DNA of 62,158 nucleotides from Candidatus Dojkabacteria bacterium. Its GTDB lineage: Bacteria; Patescibacteriota; Dojkabacteria; SC72; JAFGCJ01. The stretch is taken from NCBI GenBank assembly GCA_016929645.1, contig JAFGIK010000072.1, positions 1-62,158 on the forward strand. Reading direction: 5' to 3'. Made by a program: the position numbers and the translations under genes. Below the pieces are notes generated by a model. It saw only the letters and a list, made by a program, of their open reading frames with translations, was not told the origin of the DNA and made no database searches. Of the stretch, positions 53,070 through 61,745 are shown one piece after another; position 1 is the stretch's first letter; each line of letters starts with the position of its first letter.

Positions 53070-53312
53070 ATGAACGATAACAGGGCTTCAAATATTTTTA
53101 GTTTCCTTGGTGGTGCGATGATTGGTGGAGTAATTGGTGCTGGTGTAGCATTATTGTTTGCTCCTCAATCTGGTAAGGAGACACGAGAACTTCTCAAGAA
53201 AAAAGTTGAAGATGTTGGAGAAGATATTAAGAAATTCCAGAAGAAAATGGAACCAAAGCTTAAACAGGTTAAACAGAATTTGGCCAAAACTCTTCATGTT
53301 GGAGCAAGGTAA
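53070..53312 (+). CDS. YtxH-domain protein
   Basis: FLGGAMIGGVIGAGVALLFAPQSGKETRELLKKKVEDVGEDI is the YtxH signature. Confidence 0.7.
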   Translation: MNDNRASNIFSFLGGAMIGGVIGAGVALLFAPQSGKETRELLKKKVEDVGEDIKKFQKKMEPKLKQVKQNLAKTLHVGAR

Positions 53313-53352
53313 TAGAAGGACGGGAGTAATTTCTTTTGTCGATTGGCGTTAT

Positions 53353-53386
53353 AAGAAGGTGCATGATTATTTGCACCTTCTTTTTT
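53353..53386 (+). terminator. Intrinsic terminator after the ytxH-like gene, abutting the alr start
   Basis: AAGAAGGTGCA (53353-63) and TGCACCTTCTT (53372-82), followed by TTTT (53383-86). Confidence 0.7.
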
Positions 53387-54541
53387 ATGGCATTTCGACA
53401 ATTTATTAACAAAATAATTAAATCCTTTGAAAAAGACTTTTCTGTTTTGAACAGTATTGAGGTTTCTTCTTCGCGAATTTGTCATAATTTCGACTTATAC
53501 AATAATTTGAATCCTGGTAAAGAAATCTGGCCGGTATTAAAAGCAAATGCTTATGGTCATGGAATAGAAAATATTACCAGTATACTAAAGGCAAAAAGAC
53601 CTACTTACTTCGTTGTTGACAGCTTTTACGAAGCGTTGAAAACACGCTATATTACTGATTCTCCTGTTCTATTGATTGGTTACACTGAGCCTTCAAACCT
53701 AAAGAAGATAGATACAAGAGATTTGTCGTTTACTGTTTATGATGTAGAAACGATTAAAGCTCTAGGATCTCTTAAAAAGAAAGTTAAAGTACACTTGAAA
53801 ATCGATACAGGTATGAATCGGCAAGGAATTGTGCCTTCAGAGGTAGAAGCGTTTATTGATTTGATAAAAAGTTTTCCTAATCTTAAATTAGAAGGTGTAT
53901 GCTCGCACTTTTCAGATGCAGACAATAAAGCTCTTGATTATTCTAATAAACAAATGGAAAACTTCGATGATATTGTTGATAAGATTAAATATCTCGATCC
54001 TGACATTAAGTATTTTCATATGGCTGCTTCAGCGGCAGCAGCTAAAAATCTTGGTAGTTGTTGTAATGCGATACGTCTTGGGATCGGTCTTTACGGTATA
54101 AATCCACTAAAAAGTGATGATAAATACTACTTTAATTTAAATAAACTAAAACCTGCGTTGAGGTTGGTCTCAAAAGTTGTCCAGATAAAAAGAATTAATA
54201 AAGGATCCCTTGTCAGCTACAATGGAACCTATAAAGCAAAATCTGACATGGATATTGGTGTTTTGCCTCTTGGTTACTACGAGGGGATTGATCGACGTTT
54301 TAGTAATAAGGGGTTTGTAAAATATAGACAGACATTATTGCCAATAATAGGTCGCGTCTGTATGAATTTAACAGTTATTGACTTATCTCATATCTCTCTT
54401 AATCCGTTGGATGAAGTCATCGTGTTCAGTGATGATTCTAGTGATCTCAATTCAGTAAGTAATGCAGCAACGTTAATTCAAACTATTCCATATGAACTTC
54501 TTGTGCATTTAAGTGAATCAATTAGGAGAGTTGTAGTTTAG
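53387..54541 (+). CDS. alr: Alanine racemase
   Basis: PLP-lysine motif WPVLKANAYGHG, plus HLKIDTGMNRQG, GVCSHFSDAD and VSYNGTYKA...LPLGYYEGIDR. ATG at 53387 is preferred, because the ORF-track start at 53336 lies inside the terminator hairpin. Confidence 0.85.
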   Translation: MAFRQFINKIIKSFEKDFSVLNSIEVSSSRICHNFDLYNNLNPGKEIWPVLKANAYGHGIENITSILKAKRPTYFVVDSFYEALKTRYITDSPVLLIGYTEPSNLKKIDTRDLSFTVYDVETIKALGSLKKKVKVHLKIDTGMNRQGIVPSEVEAFIDLIKSFPNLKLEGVCSHFSDADNKALDYSNKQMENFDDIVDKIKYLDPDIKYFHMAASAAAAKNLGSCCNAIRLGIGLYGINPLKSDDKYYFNLNKLKPALRLVSKVVQIKRINKGSLVSYNGTYKAKSDMDIGVLPLGYYEGIDRRFSNKGFVKYRQTLLPIIGRVCMNLTVIDLSHISLNPLDEVIVFSDDSSDLNSVSNAATLIQTIPYELLVHLSESIRRVVV

Positions 54542-54550
54542 ATTCAATAA

Positions 54551-54576
54551 AAAGAGGAGCATAAATGCTCCTCTTT
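54551..54576. terminator. Bidirectional hairpin between convergent alr and the thioredoxin-like gene
   Basis: AAAGAGGAGCA-TAAA-TGCTCCTCTTT, an 11-bp stem. Confidence 0.65.
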
Positions 54577-54603
54577 CTGTGACTAAATGATGGTTGATTT
54601 TTT

Positions 54604-55269
54604 TTATGATTTTGTCAATTCTTCGACCACCGCATCAAATGATTTCTTCTCCTTATCAAGATCATCCTCTGTTTCATATCCATTTCCAACTCTGCCGTAT
54701 CTACATCCAAAAACAAATGTAGGAATAGAGCCTCCTGGATTAAACTTCTCGTAAACTGCTTGATGCTCAGCTGGTACCTCTGTCTCAACATCGCTTGTCA
54801 ATGTATTGTCGCCAGTATCAAGTTGCCAATGATATGCTGTTATGTCAGATTTATTATCTTTTGCCCATTTATCAAAGGTTGCTGCTACCCATTCGCAGTG
54901 AGGACACCATGTTGTTGAGAATAAATATACAACTGGTTTTCCGTCTTCTTTGCAGATGTCTGTGTCGTATTCAGTAAATGTCTCAAAATCTCTTACATAG
55001 TCTCCTGGAAGTTGAGCTTCAGTGTTTCCGTTTGTATCCCCTGTGGTATCTTGTGTTGTGTCTGTGTTTGTATCTTCTGCGCCAAGAGTAGAATCATCAC
55101 CATTCAGAGCAGTACTGATTTTTGAGCTACCCCATATAATACATGAGGCTATAATTATAGCTGACATGATAATGGAAATAGGAGTAAATAAACTAGATAA
55201 TCCATCTGGCATTGTAACTTCGACGTATGAATCTTCGTTGCCAGTTTTTGTTTTCTGAGTTTTTGACAT
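54604..55269 (-). CDS. Membrane-anchored extracytoplasmic thioredoxin-fold protein with CPHC active site
   Basis: TM helix (LFTPISIIMSAIIIASCIIWG), a T/D-rich linker, VVYLFSTTWCPHCEWVAATFDKW, and cis-Pro context GGSIPTFVFG. Confidence 0.7.
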   Translation of the reverse strand: MSKTQKTKTGNEDSYVEVTMPDGLSSLFTPISIIMSAIIIASCIIWGSSKISTALNGDDSTLGAEDTNTDTTQDTTGDTNGNTEAQLPGDYVRDFETFTEYDTDICKEDGKPVVYLFSTTWCPHCEWVAATFDKWAKDNKSDITAYHWQLDTGDNTLTSDVETEVPAEHQAVYEKFNPGGSIPTFVFGCRYGRVGNGYETEDDLDKEKKSFDAVVEELTKS

Positions 55270-55444
55270 TAGACTTTAATTAAAATTTAATGAATTTTAT
55301 AAAAATAAACGATTTTTTCATAAAATTTTTACTTCTTGGTATTATAGTATCTTTTAGCTGATTTGAGAAATTATTTTTGTAGTTATCTGATTCAGCTAGG
55401 ATTTGCTCTTGTTATGTAATCTAATGTAATCTATACTTCTACAA

Positions 55445-57256
55445 ATGGCTTACGTACCCAAAAAGAAAAGACAATTGTATGTAATATTGTTTTTCGTTTT
55501 TATTGCCCTTATTCCGATAAGTGTAGGGGCATTTTTCATTATTCAAGATTGGCGTTCCCGGGCTTCAACAGAGAATAAACCAAATGAAGTGCGAATAAGT
55601 AATATGACCACTAAGTCTGTGGTCATATCTTGGATTACTGATTCTGGTGCGGAAGGTTGGGTTAGGTACAGTACTGACCCTGCAGTTGGAGAGGGATCTC
55701 CTTTATCTCAAGATGATAGAGATGTTACTAGTGGTTCTATGGATAAAAGGACTACGCACTATGTTACATTAAGGAGTCTTAACACTGGGACTAAGTATTA
55801 TTATGTTATTGGCTCTGGTACTCAAGTTTTTAAAGATACTAACGGAAATCCTTTTGAATTTACAACGGCCTCTATTGGCGAGAGTACTTCAACAGCACTT
55901 CCTGATGCTGTATATGGAAGTGTTGTAAATGGTACGGATATGAGTGCTATTGTGTATATAACAATAGAGAATGCTTCAGGAGAAAAATCATTTCCAATTT
56001 CTGCTTTAACAAATAGTGGTGGAAATTTTGAAATGAGCCTTTCTGATGCGAGGACTGCTGACCTATCAGCAAAGTTCTCCTATAACAATGAGATGAAGAT
56101 GATTATTTTTGCTCAAGGTGGAGATAAAGGAGGTGCAGTATTAGAGACCTCTGTGGGTGAGCGTGATTCAATCTCAATGACAATGGATCCAGACTATACA
56201 GTTACTGATATCTTTGCGGATACTTCTGGTGTTGATGTCGGTGGTGATGAAGAGCCATCTCAAGAGGAACCTGCAGAAGAATCGCCTCAACAACAGCAAC
56301 CTTCAGAACAACCTGCTCAGGAAGAACCGACTCAGGAAGAACCTGAGGAAGAGGCCGTGTCTCAAAAAAATTATACAATAACGCATGATGTTCCTCTTAC
56401 TAAGATGGTTCTTGGAGCAAGTACTGTTGAGGAAACTATTAAGGATGTAAATATAACTAATGTTACGGAAAATTCATTCACTGTCGTTTGGGAAAGCTCT
56501 ATTAAGCAACCAGGCTCTATTAATTATGGATCAGCGGCAAATGCATTAACTGATACTGCTAAAGATGATAGAGATACTGTGGTATCAACAGGTCAATACT
56601 ACATGCATCATATAACAGTGAAAAATTTGGATCCAGAATCTACATATTTTTATGTGATTCAATCTGGCACAAAAAGTTATAAAAATAATGGAAATCCTTA
56701 TCAAGTGACACTTCCTGAGACTTTAGATAGCCCTCCAGCATTTGATTCTATTGCTGGTCAGATTACTGGTACTGGTGCACCAGATTCTGTTGTATTTGGC
56801 ATAATTACTACGGATAGTGGGACTTCCTCAGAAATTTCAACAATTACTGATGAAAACGGTAAGTGGACCATGAGTATAGGAAGTGTTAGAAACCAAGCAT
56901 ATACGGATTATTTTTCTTATGAAAGTAGTGATAGTATTGTGATATCAGCAAAGACTAAGGGTGATGATGTATCAAACACCTATGTTTTATCGACTATTGC
57001 TGATGATATAGTGACACAACAACTTACATTAGAAGAGCCAGAAACTGGAGTTGAATTTAAAAGAGGTCTTTATGATACTATTGCTTCAACAGGTACAAAT
57101 ACATTACCTCAAACATCTGTTAACCGTATAGCTATAGTGTTGGTCTTTGTTGCTGTGCTTATGGTGGGTTATGGATCATATATAATGATTTCGGTTTATA
57201 ATAAAGGGAAAGGTAATACATGGGAAAACGGAGTTTTGAATGATCTTGATATTTGA
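55445..57256 (+). CDS. Surface protein with duplicated [FN3-like + beta-sandwich] module, acidic P/E/Q linker and LPQTS + TM C-terminal anchor
   Basis: N-terminal TM helix is present. The FN3-like domains are VRISNMTTKSVVISWITDSGAEGWVRYSTDP...HYVTLRSLNTGTKYYYVIGSG and VNITNVTENSFTVVWESSIKQPGSINYGSA...HHITVKNLDPESTYFYVIQSG. LPQTS is at 57104-57118, followed by a hydrophobic helix. Confidence 0.6.
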   Translation: MAYVPKKKRQLYVILFFVFIALIPISVGAFFIIQDWRSRASTENKPNEVRISNMTTKSVVISWITDSGAEGWVRYSTDPAVGEGSPLSQDDRDVTSGSMDKRTTHYVTLRSLNTGTKYYYVIGSGTQVFKDTNGNPFEFTTASIGESTSTALPDAVYGSVVNGTDMSAIVYITIENASGEKSFPISALTNSGGNFEMSLSDARTADLSAKFSYNNEMKMIIFAQGGDKGGAVLETSVGERDSISMTMDPDYTVTDIFADTSGVDVGGDEEPSQEEPAEESPQQQQPSEQPAQEEPTQEEPEEEAVSQKNYTITHDVPLTKMVLGASTVEETIKDVNITNVTENSFTVVWESSIKQPGSINYGSAANALTDTAKDDRDTVVSTGQYYMHHITVKNLDPESTYFYVIQSGTKSYKNNGNPYQVTLPETLDSPPAFDSIAGQITGTGAPDSVVFGIITTDSGTSSEISTITDENGKWTMSIGSVRNQAYTDYFSYESSDSIVISAKTKGDDVSNTYVLSTIADDIVTQQLTLEEPETGVEFKRGLYDTIASTGTNTLPQTSVNRIAIVLVFVAVLMVGYGSYIMISVYNKGKGNTWENGVLNDLDI

Positions 57257-57335
57257 TTATAATTTTAGAAAATTTTAATAATTTTCGGTTATAATATAAT
57301 TATACTCGTTTAGAAATATTTTAAAGGATGTCTGT

Positions 57336-58580
57336 ATGAAATTTGCTAAATTGGGTCAAAAATTGAATATTTTATTGGTGTTTAAGGTCTCGCTATTTAT
57401 TTTTGCTGTTAGTTTGTTTTTCCCGCTTTCTGCAAGTGCAGCAAATATTAAGACACGAGAGGATATACCTCTTGATGAGAAGCTGGCGGATCAGTCATTA
57501 AATCAATATTCTGCTATTGATAAAATCGCTGTTGCTAGGGTGTCCCCTCCATCAGGAGTTCAGTTTTCAGATTCTGATGAGTGGATGAAGGGCCTTTATT
57601 ATTATTCAATAACTCAGCTGGGGTTTGTTGATATTCCTTTTAATTATGTTGTTACCTGGCAGGGAGATGTGTATGAAGCTAAAGGTGGTGGATATGAGGC
57701 ATTACCATCAATTTCATCTTCATCCATAGATGGATATAATAGTTCATTGCTTGTCATCTATTTCGATAATGGTCGAGATATTACTAATAGTGGTAAGGAT
57801 TCATTAACTTCCTTGTTGAGCCAATTGGTTTCAATTTACACCTTAGATAAAAGTAAAATTTATGCTGTAGATCTATCATATGAACAGACAGGAGAGGACG
57901 TAATTTCTTCCTCTGTGGTAATTTCTCAAGCATCTGCAGAATGGAAATCAGTAGTAAGCGACATATCATCTGGAGTTACGAAAGATACCGTACTTATAAA
58001 CACCGCGGGTAAAGTATTGGATGTTTCATATAATAATACTGTCGAGTCTGGTAAGGCTTTTGTTGTGACAATTACTGTTGAAAATCAAGGTGATTTCCCC
58101 TGGTACAATAGTGGCCCAAGGAAAATGTATATAGCGACGTCTGATCCTAGAGGTAAAAATAGTAAGTTTTATATTACTGATATTTGGGATAGTTTTACAA
58201 GAGCTGGAACTATGAACGAGACATGGGTACTTCCCGGAGAGGTTGCCACCTTTGAAATAGAAATGATGGCACCGTTGATTCCTGGCAATTATTCCGAGAA
58301 ATTTGAAGTGCTTCAGTCGCCAAATATTTGGATTACTGATTCCCAATTCGAGGTAGCATTCTCGAGTGAGGGAGGCGATTATGAGCTTTTAGAGATACAA
58401 AGTACTGAAACTGGATCACTTAATGTTAGATCATGTCCTTCGACTGGTTGTGGTCAAGTTGGACAAGTGACTCCTGGCACAATAGTTATCAAATTAGAGC
58501 AACAGGGAAATTGGTATAAAATCAAAGTCGATGAGAATCTTGAAGGATGGGTGTACGGTAAATATGTGAAAGCTGTATAA
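57336..58580 (+). CDS. Secreted PGRP/amidase_2-like + Ig-like + SH3b wall-binding protein
   Basis: Signal peptide ending SASA. The amidase_2-like core is FNYVVTWQGDVYEAKGGG...SLLVIYFDNGRDITNSGKDSLTSLLSQL. An Ig-like segment (GKAFVVTITVENQGDFPW...PGEVATFEIEMMAP) follows. The C-terminal SH3b is GSLNVRSCPSTGCGQVGQVTPGTIVIKLEQQGNWYKIKVDENLEGWVYGKYV. Confidence 0.5.
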   Translation: MKFAKLGQKLNILLVFKVSLFIFAVSLFFPLSASAANIKTREDIPLDEKLADQSLNQYSAIDKIAVARVSPPSGVQFSDSDEWMKGLYYYSITQLGFVDIPFNYVVTWQGDVYEAKGGGYEALPSISSSSIDGYNSSLLVIYFDNGRDITNSGKDSLTSLLSQLVSIYTLDKSKIYAVDLSYEQTGEDVISSSVVISQASAEWKSVVSDISSGVTKDTVLINTAGKVLDVSYNNTVESGKAFVVTITVENQGDFPWYNSGPRKMYIATSDPRGKNSKFYITDIWDSFTRAGTMNETWVLPGEVATFEIEMMAPLIPGNYSEKFEVLQSPNIWITDSQFEVAFSSEGGDYELLEIQSTETGSLNVRSCPSTGCGQVGQVTPGTIVIKLEQQGNWYKIKVDENLEGWVYGKYVKAV

Positions 58581-58587
58581 TCAAACT

Positions 58588-60690
58588 GTGTTTAATCAAC
58601 TGAATTCCCAACAAAAAAAAGCTGTTATGCATAATAATGGACCATTACTTGTTTTTGCAGGTGCTGGTTCTGGCAAGACTCGGGTTATTACCTATCGAAT
58701 AGCAAGGCTTATCAAGGATCATATCTGTGAACCTGAAAATATTCTTGCCATAACATTTACTCGGAAAGCAGCTGGTGAGATGAAAGATCGTGTTAAATCA
58801 ATCCTTGCAAAGTTAGCAGAACAGAGTAAGGATTTCGCATATCCGCGTAGTCCATTAATTAGTACATTTCACGCTTTTGGGGCATATATTTTAAGAAAAG
58901 ATGGACATTACATCGGTATAGATCGGAATTTCTCGATTTTTGATCCAAATGATACAGAGGTTTTGATAAAGCAGATTATGGATGAGTTGAATATTGACAA
59001 GAAGCAGTTTAACCCGGCGAACATCCGCTACAGTATTTCCTCGTCTAAGAATGAGATGATTGATCCTAAACAGTTTAAACAGTTTGTCCAGAGTTCCTTT
59101 GATGAAGTTGTGGCCTCTGTCTATCCAAAATATGAGGAGCAATTACGAGAACAAGGAGCCGTAGATTTTGATGATTTACAGATACTTCCACTTGTTCTTT
59201 TTAAAGAAAATCCTACAGTATTGGAACGCTATAACAATCAATTTAAATATATCTTAGTAGATGAATATCAAGATACTAATGAGGTGCAGTATAGGTTGGT
59301 AAAATATCTTGCAGGTAAAAATAATAATCTTTGTGTTGTAGGGGACGATGATCAAGGGATCTATCGATGGAGAGGTGCTACGATAAAGAATATTTTATCT
59401 TTTGAAAAAGATTTTAAAGGGACGGTTGTTGTTAAACTTGAGAAGAATTATCGTTCGACTCAGAATATTCTTGATTCTGCATATGCAATTGTTCATAAGA
59501 ATAACGAGAGAGTTGAAAAAAAGTTGTGGACTGATTCAGAAAAAGGTTCCCCAATTCATGTTTACGAGGCGAAAAGGGATTTTGATGAGGCAAAATTTGT
59601 TATTGATAAAATTCTCGATCTATCAGATATCAACAATAATGAAAATAGTGTTAGATTAAAAGATATTGCGATTTTGTATCGAACAAACGCACAATCTCGT
59701 ATATTTGAAGAGGAACTTCTTAAAAACGCTATTCCTTATCGACTTGTTGGTGGCTTGCGATTTTACGAACGGCGCGAAATTAAGGACCTTCTTGCATATC
59801 TTCGTTTTCTTGCAAATCCTCGAGATGAAGTGTCATTCCAGAGGATTATCAATACACCTCCTAGAAAAATAGGAATAAAGTCAATTCTCTCAATGAATCA
59901 TTTTGTCAAAAAAACTTTTAATGGTCGAATTAATCTTGGATTATTTCTTATCATTGCCTGGAAAGTTACGGATAAATCTAGTGATTGGAAAAAGGAATTT
60001 AGCACATACGATATTGATGACTTCATAATTAACTTAATCAAGACTGATGATCAGTGCAAGGCTTTTATAGAAAGATATGCTGAATTAGTGTCACTGTTTG
60101 GTAAACTTTGGGACTTTTCAATGAAAAATAATGTAAGACTGTTGCTTGACGAAGTTCTTTCTCAGGTTAAATATATCGATTGGATAGATGATGGTTCAGA
60201 TGATGCTGTTGCTCGAAAAGAGAATATTTTTGAATTGAAAGTGATTGCTGATCGTTATTCTGATTATAAATCAAGAGATTCATTATTGTCTTTCCTTGCT
60301 GACATTGCTTTAGTCGAACAGGATCAGATTTCTGATAAGGATGTTGATGAGAATGATATGGTTACGTTAATGACCTTACATTCTGCAAAAGGTCTTGAAT
60401 TTGACACTGTCTTTATTGTAGGTATGGAGGAAGGGTTATTTCCTCATTCTCTTTCTTTTGCAAGTGTGTCTGATTTGGAAGAGGAGAGAAGACTCTGTTA
60501 TGTAGGTATTACTCGTGCTAAAAAACGCCTGTATCTGACATTTGCTGGAAATCGTAAAACTTATACTGGTCTTACTGATAGGATTCCTTCAAGATTTATC
60601 TCCGAGTTACCAGAGGAGTTAGTGAAATTTGATTCATGGAACAGCGGCGAATCATATTATTCACCTGGTGATAATTTTTATCAATACTAA
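58588..60690 (+). CDS. pcrA: ATP-dependent DNA helicase PcrA/UvrD (SF1)
   Basis: The GTG start is required to keep the conserved LNSQQKKAV. Motifs: VFAGAGSGKTRVITYRIA, ILVDEYQDTN, VVGDDDQGIYRWRGA, LEKNYRST, TLHSAKGLEFDTVFIVGMEEGLFPH and RRLCYVGITRAKKRL. Confidence 0.92.
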   Translation: MFNQLNSQQKKAVMHNNGPLLVFAGAGSGKTRVITYRIARLIKDHICEPENILAITFTRKAAGEMKDRVKSILAKLAEQSKDFAYPRSPLISTFHAFGAYILRKDGHYIGIDRNFSIFDPNDTEVLIKQIMDELNIDKKQFNPANIRYSISSSKNEMIDPKQFKQFVQSSFDEVVASVYPKYEEQLREQGAVDFDDLQILPLVLFKENPTVLERYNNQFKYILVDEYQDTNEVQYRLVKYLAGKNNNLCVVGDDDQGIYRWRGATIKNILSFEKDFKGTVVVKLEKNYRSTQNILDSAYAIVHKNNERVEKKLWTDSEKGSPIHVYEAKRDFDEAKFVIDKILDLSDINNNENSVRLKDIAILYRTNAQSRIFEEELLKNAIPYRLVGGLRFYERREIKDLLAYLRFLANPRDEVSFQRIINTPPRKIGIKSILSMNHFVKKTFNGRINLGLFLIIAWKVTDKSSDWKKEFSTYDIDDFIINLIKTDDQCKAFIERYAELVSLFGKLWDFSMKNNVRLLLDEVLSQVKYIDWIDDGSDDAVARKENIFELKVIADRYSDYKSRDSLLSFLADIALVEQDQISDKDVDENDMVTLMTLHSAKGLEFDTVFIVGMEEGLFPHSLSFASVSDLEEERRLCYVGITRAKKRLYLTFAGNRKTYTGLTDRIPSRFISELPEELVKFDSWNSGESYYSPGDNFYQY

Positions 60691-60806
60691 AGATAATCGG
60701 AAAAGAATATCAAACTGTAAATCGGAGTAGGGGAGTTTTTATCAATGTAGAGAACTGGCGTGAAATACGAGTTGTACCAATTTGTGTATAGATGTAGAGA
60801 ATTTTA

Positions 60807-61745
60807 TTAATCAAGAATATAGATCTCAACGTATCTTGCACTCCACTGACCTTGATACTTTGCAAGATCATCGTAACCGAGATCGATTTTGTTACCTTTT
60901 ATTGCGCCTCCTGTGTCTAGAGCCTGACAATAACCATATCCTGGAATATACATTCTTGTGTACAAAGGAATGACTGTTGGATCAACTGCACATACACCTT
61001 TTTGTAATATAGCTCCTGTTGCTGTGATGTTATTACATCCAGCACAATTTGAATCATAGGATGTGGCCCAGACAGTTGTTTTTTTCCAATAAGAAAAAGA
61101 ATCTCCATTAATACTCATTTGTCTGAATACTTTCATAGTTCCGATTGCGATGATTTCATCCTGTGTTTGCTCTATGGTTTCTTCAGATAACTTAACCTTG
61201 CTCTTTAATATTCCGTTTAGATATAGATATTCATATAGCATCTTTACTTTACCCTTGCGACCTGCCTGAACTACCTGTGTAGTATCGATTTCTAGTTGGT
61301 CATTATAAACATGCTTGGTTTCATATCCGATTTCAGAATATTCAGCTTTGACTTCTGTGACAAGATCGTAAGCATATATATTCATGCCAGATACTAAAAT
61401 TGTATCCTTTGGAGGATTCGATTCTAAATTGTTATCGGCATCAATTCCAATGCTTTTTAGAGCGTCCTTAACTTCTTTTCCATATGAAAGGCCTTCGTAA
61501 GTCTCTCCTTTATATGTTACTGTGATATGTTTAGGTGCAAACAGTGGATCTATTTGATAATTTGCCTGTGGTTTAACTATATTCGATACGGAATTAATGT
61601 TTTCATAGGCTGATTTAGAATCGATATCTTCTGAAGCATATGCAAACGATAAATGTGGAAGTACGAGAATAGGTACAGTTACAAACGATAAATAAAGTGC
61701 GATTTGCAATGTTCGGGTTCCAAATCCTTTTTTATTTGTGTTCAA
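60807..61745 (-). CDS. DUF348-G5-3D domain cell-wall protein (YabE/RpfB-like architecture with 3D/DPBB domain)
   Basis: Signal/anchor sequence. The DUF348-like segment is ITVTYKGETYEGLSYGKEVKDALKSIGI. The G5 segment is VKAEYSEIGYETKHVYNDQLEIDTTQVVQAGRKGKVKMLYE. The 3D domain is ATSYDSNCAGCNNITATGAILQKGVCAVDPTVIPLYTRMYIPGYGYCQALDTGGAIKGNKIDL. Confidence 0.75.
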   Translation of the reverse strand: MNTNKKGFGTRTLQIALYLSFVTVPILVLPHLSFAYASEDIDSKSAYENINSVSNIVKPQANYQIDPLFAPKHITVTYKGETYEGLSYGKEVKDALKSIGIDADNNLESNPPKDTILVSGMNIYAYDLVTEVKAEYSEIGYETKHVYNDQLEIDTTQVVQAGRKGKVKMLYEYLYLNGILKSKVKLSEETIEQTQDEIIAIGTMKVFRQMSINGDSFSYWKKTTVWATSYDSNCAGCNNITATGAILQKGVCAVDPTVIPLYTRMYIPGYGYCQALDTGGAIKGNKIDLGYDDLAKYQGQWSARYVEIYILD

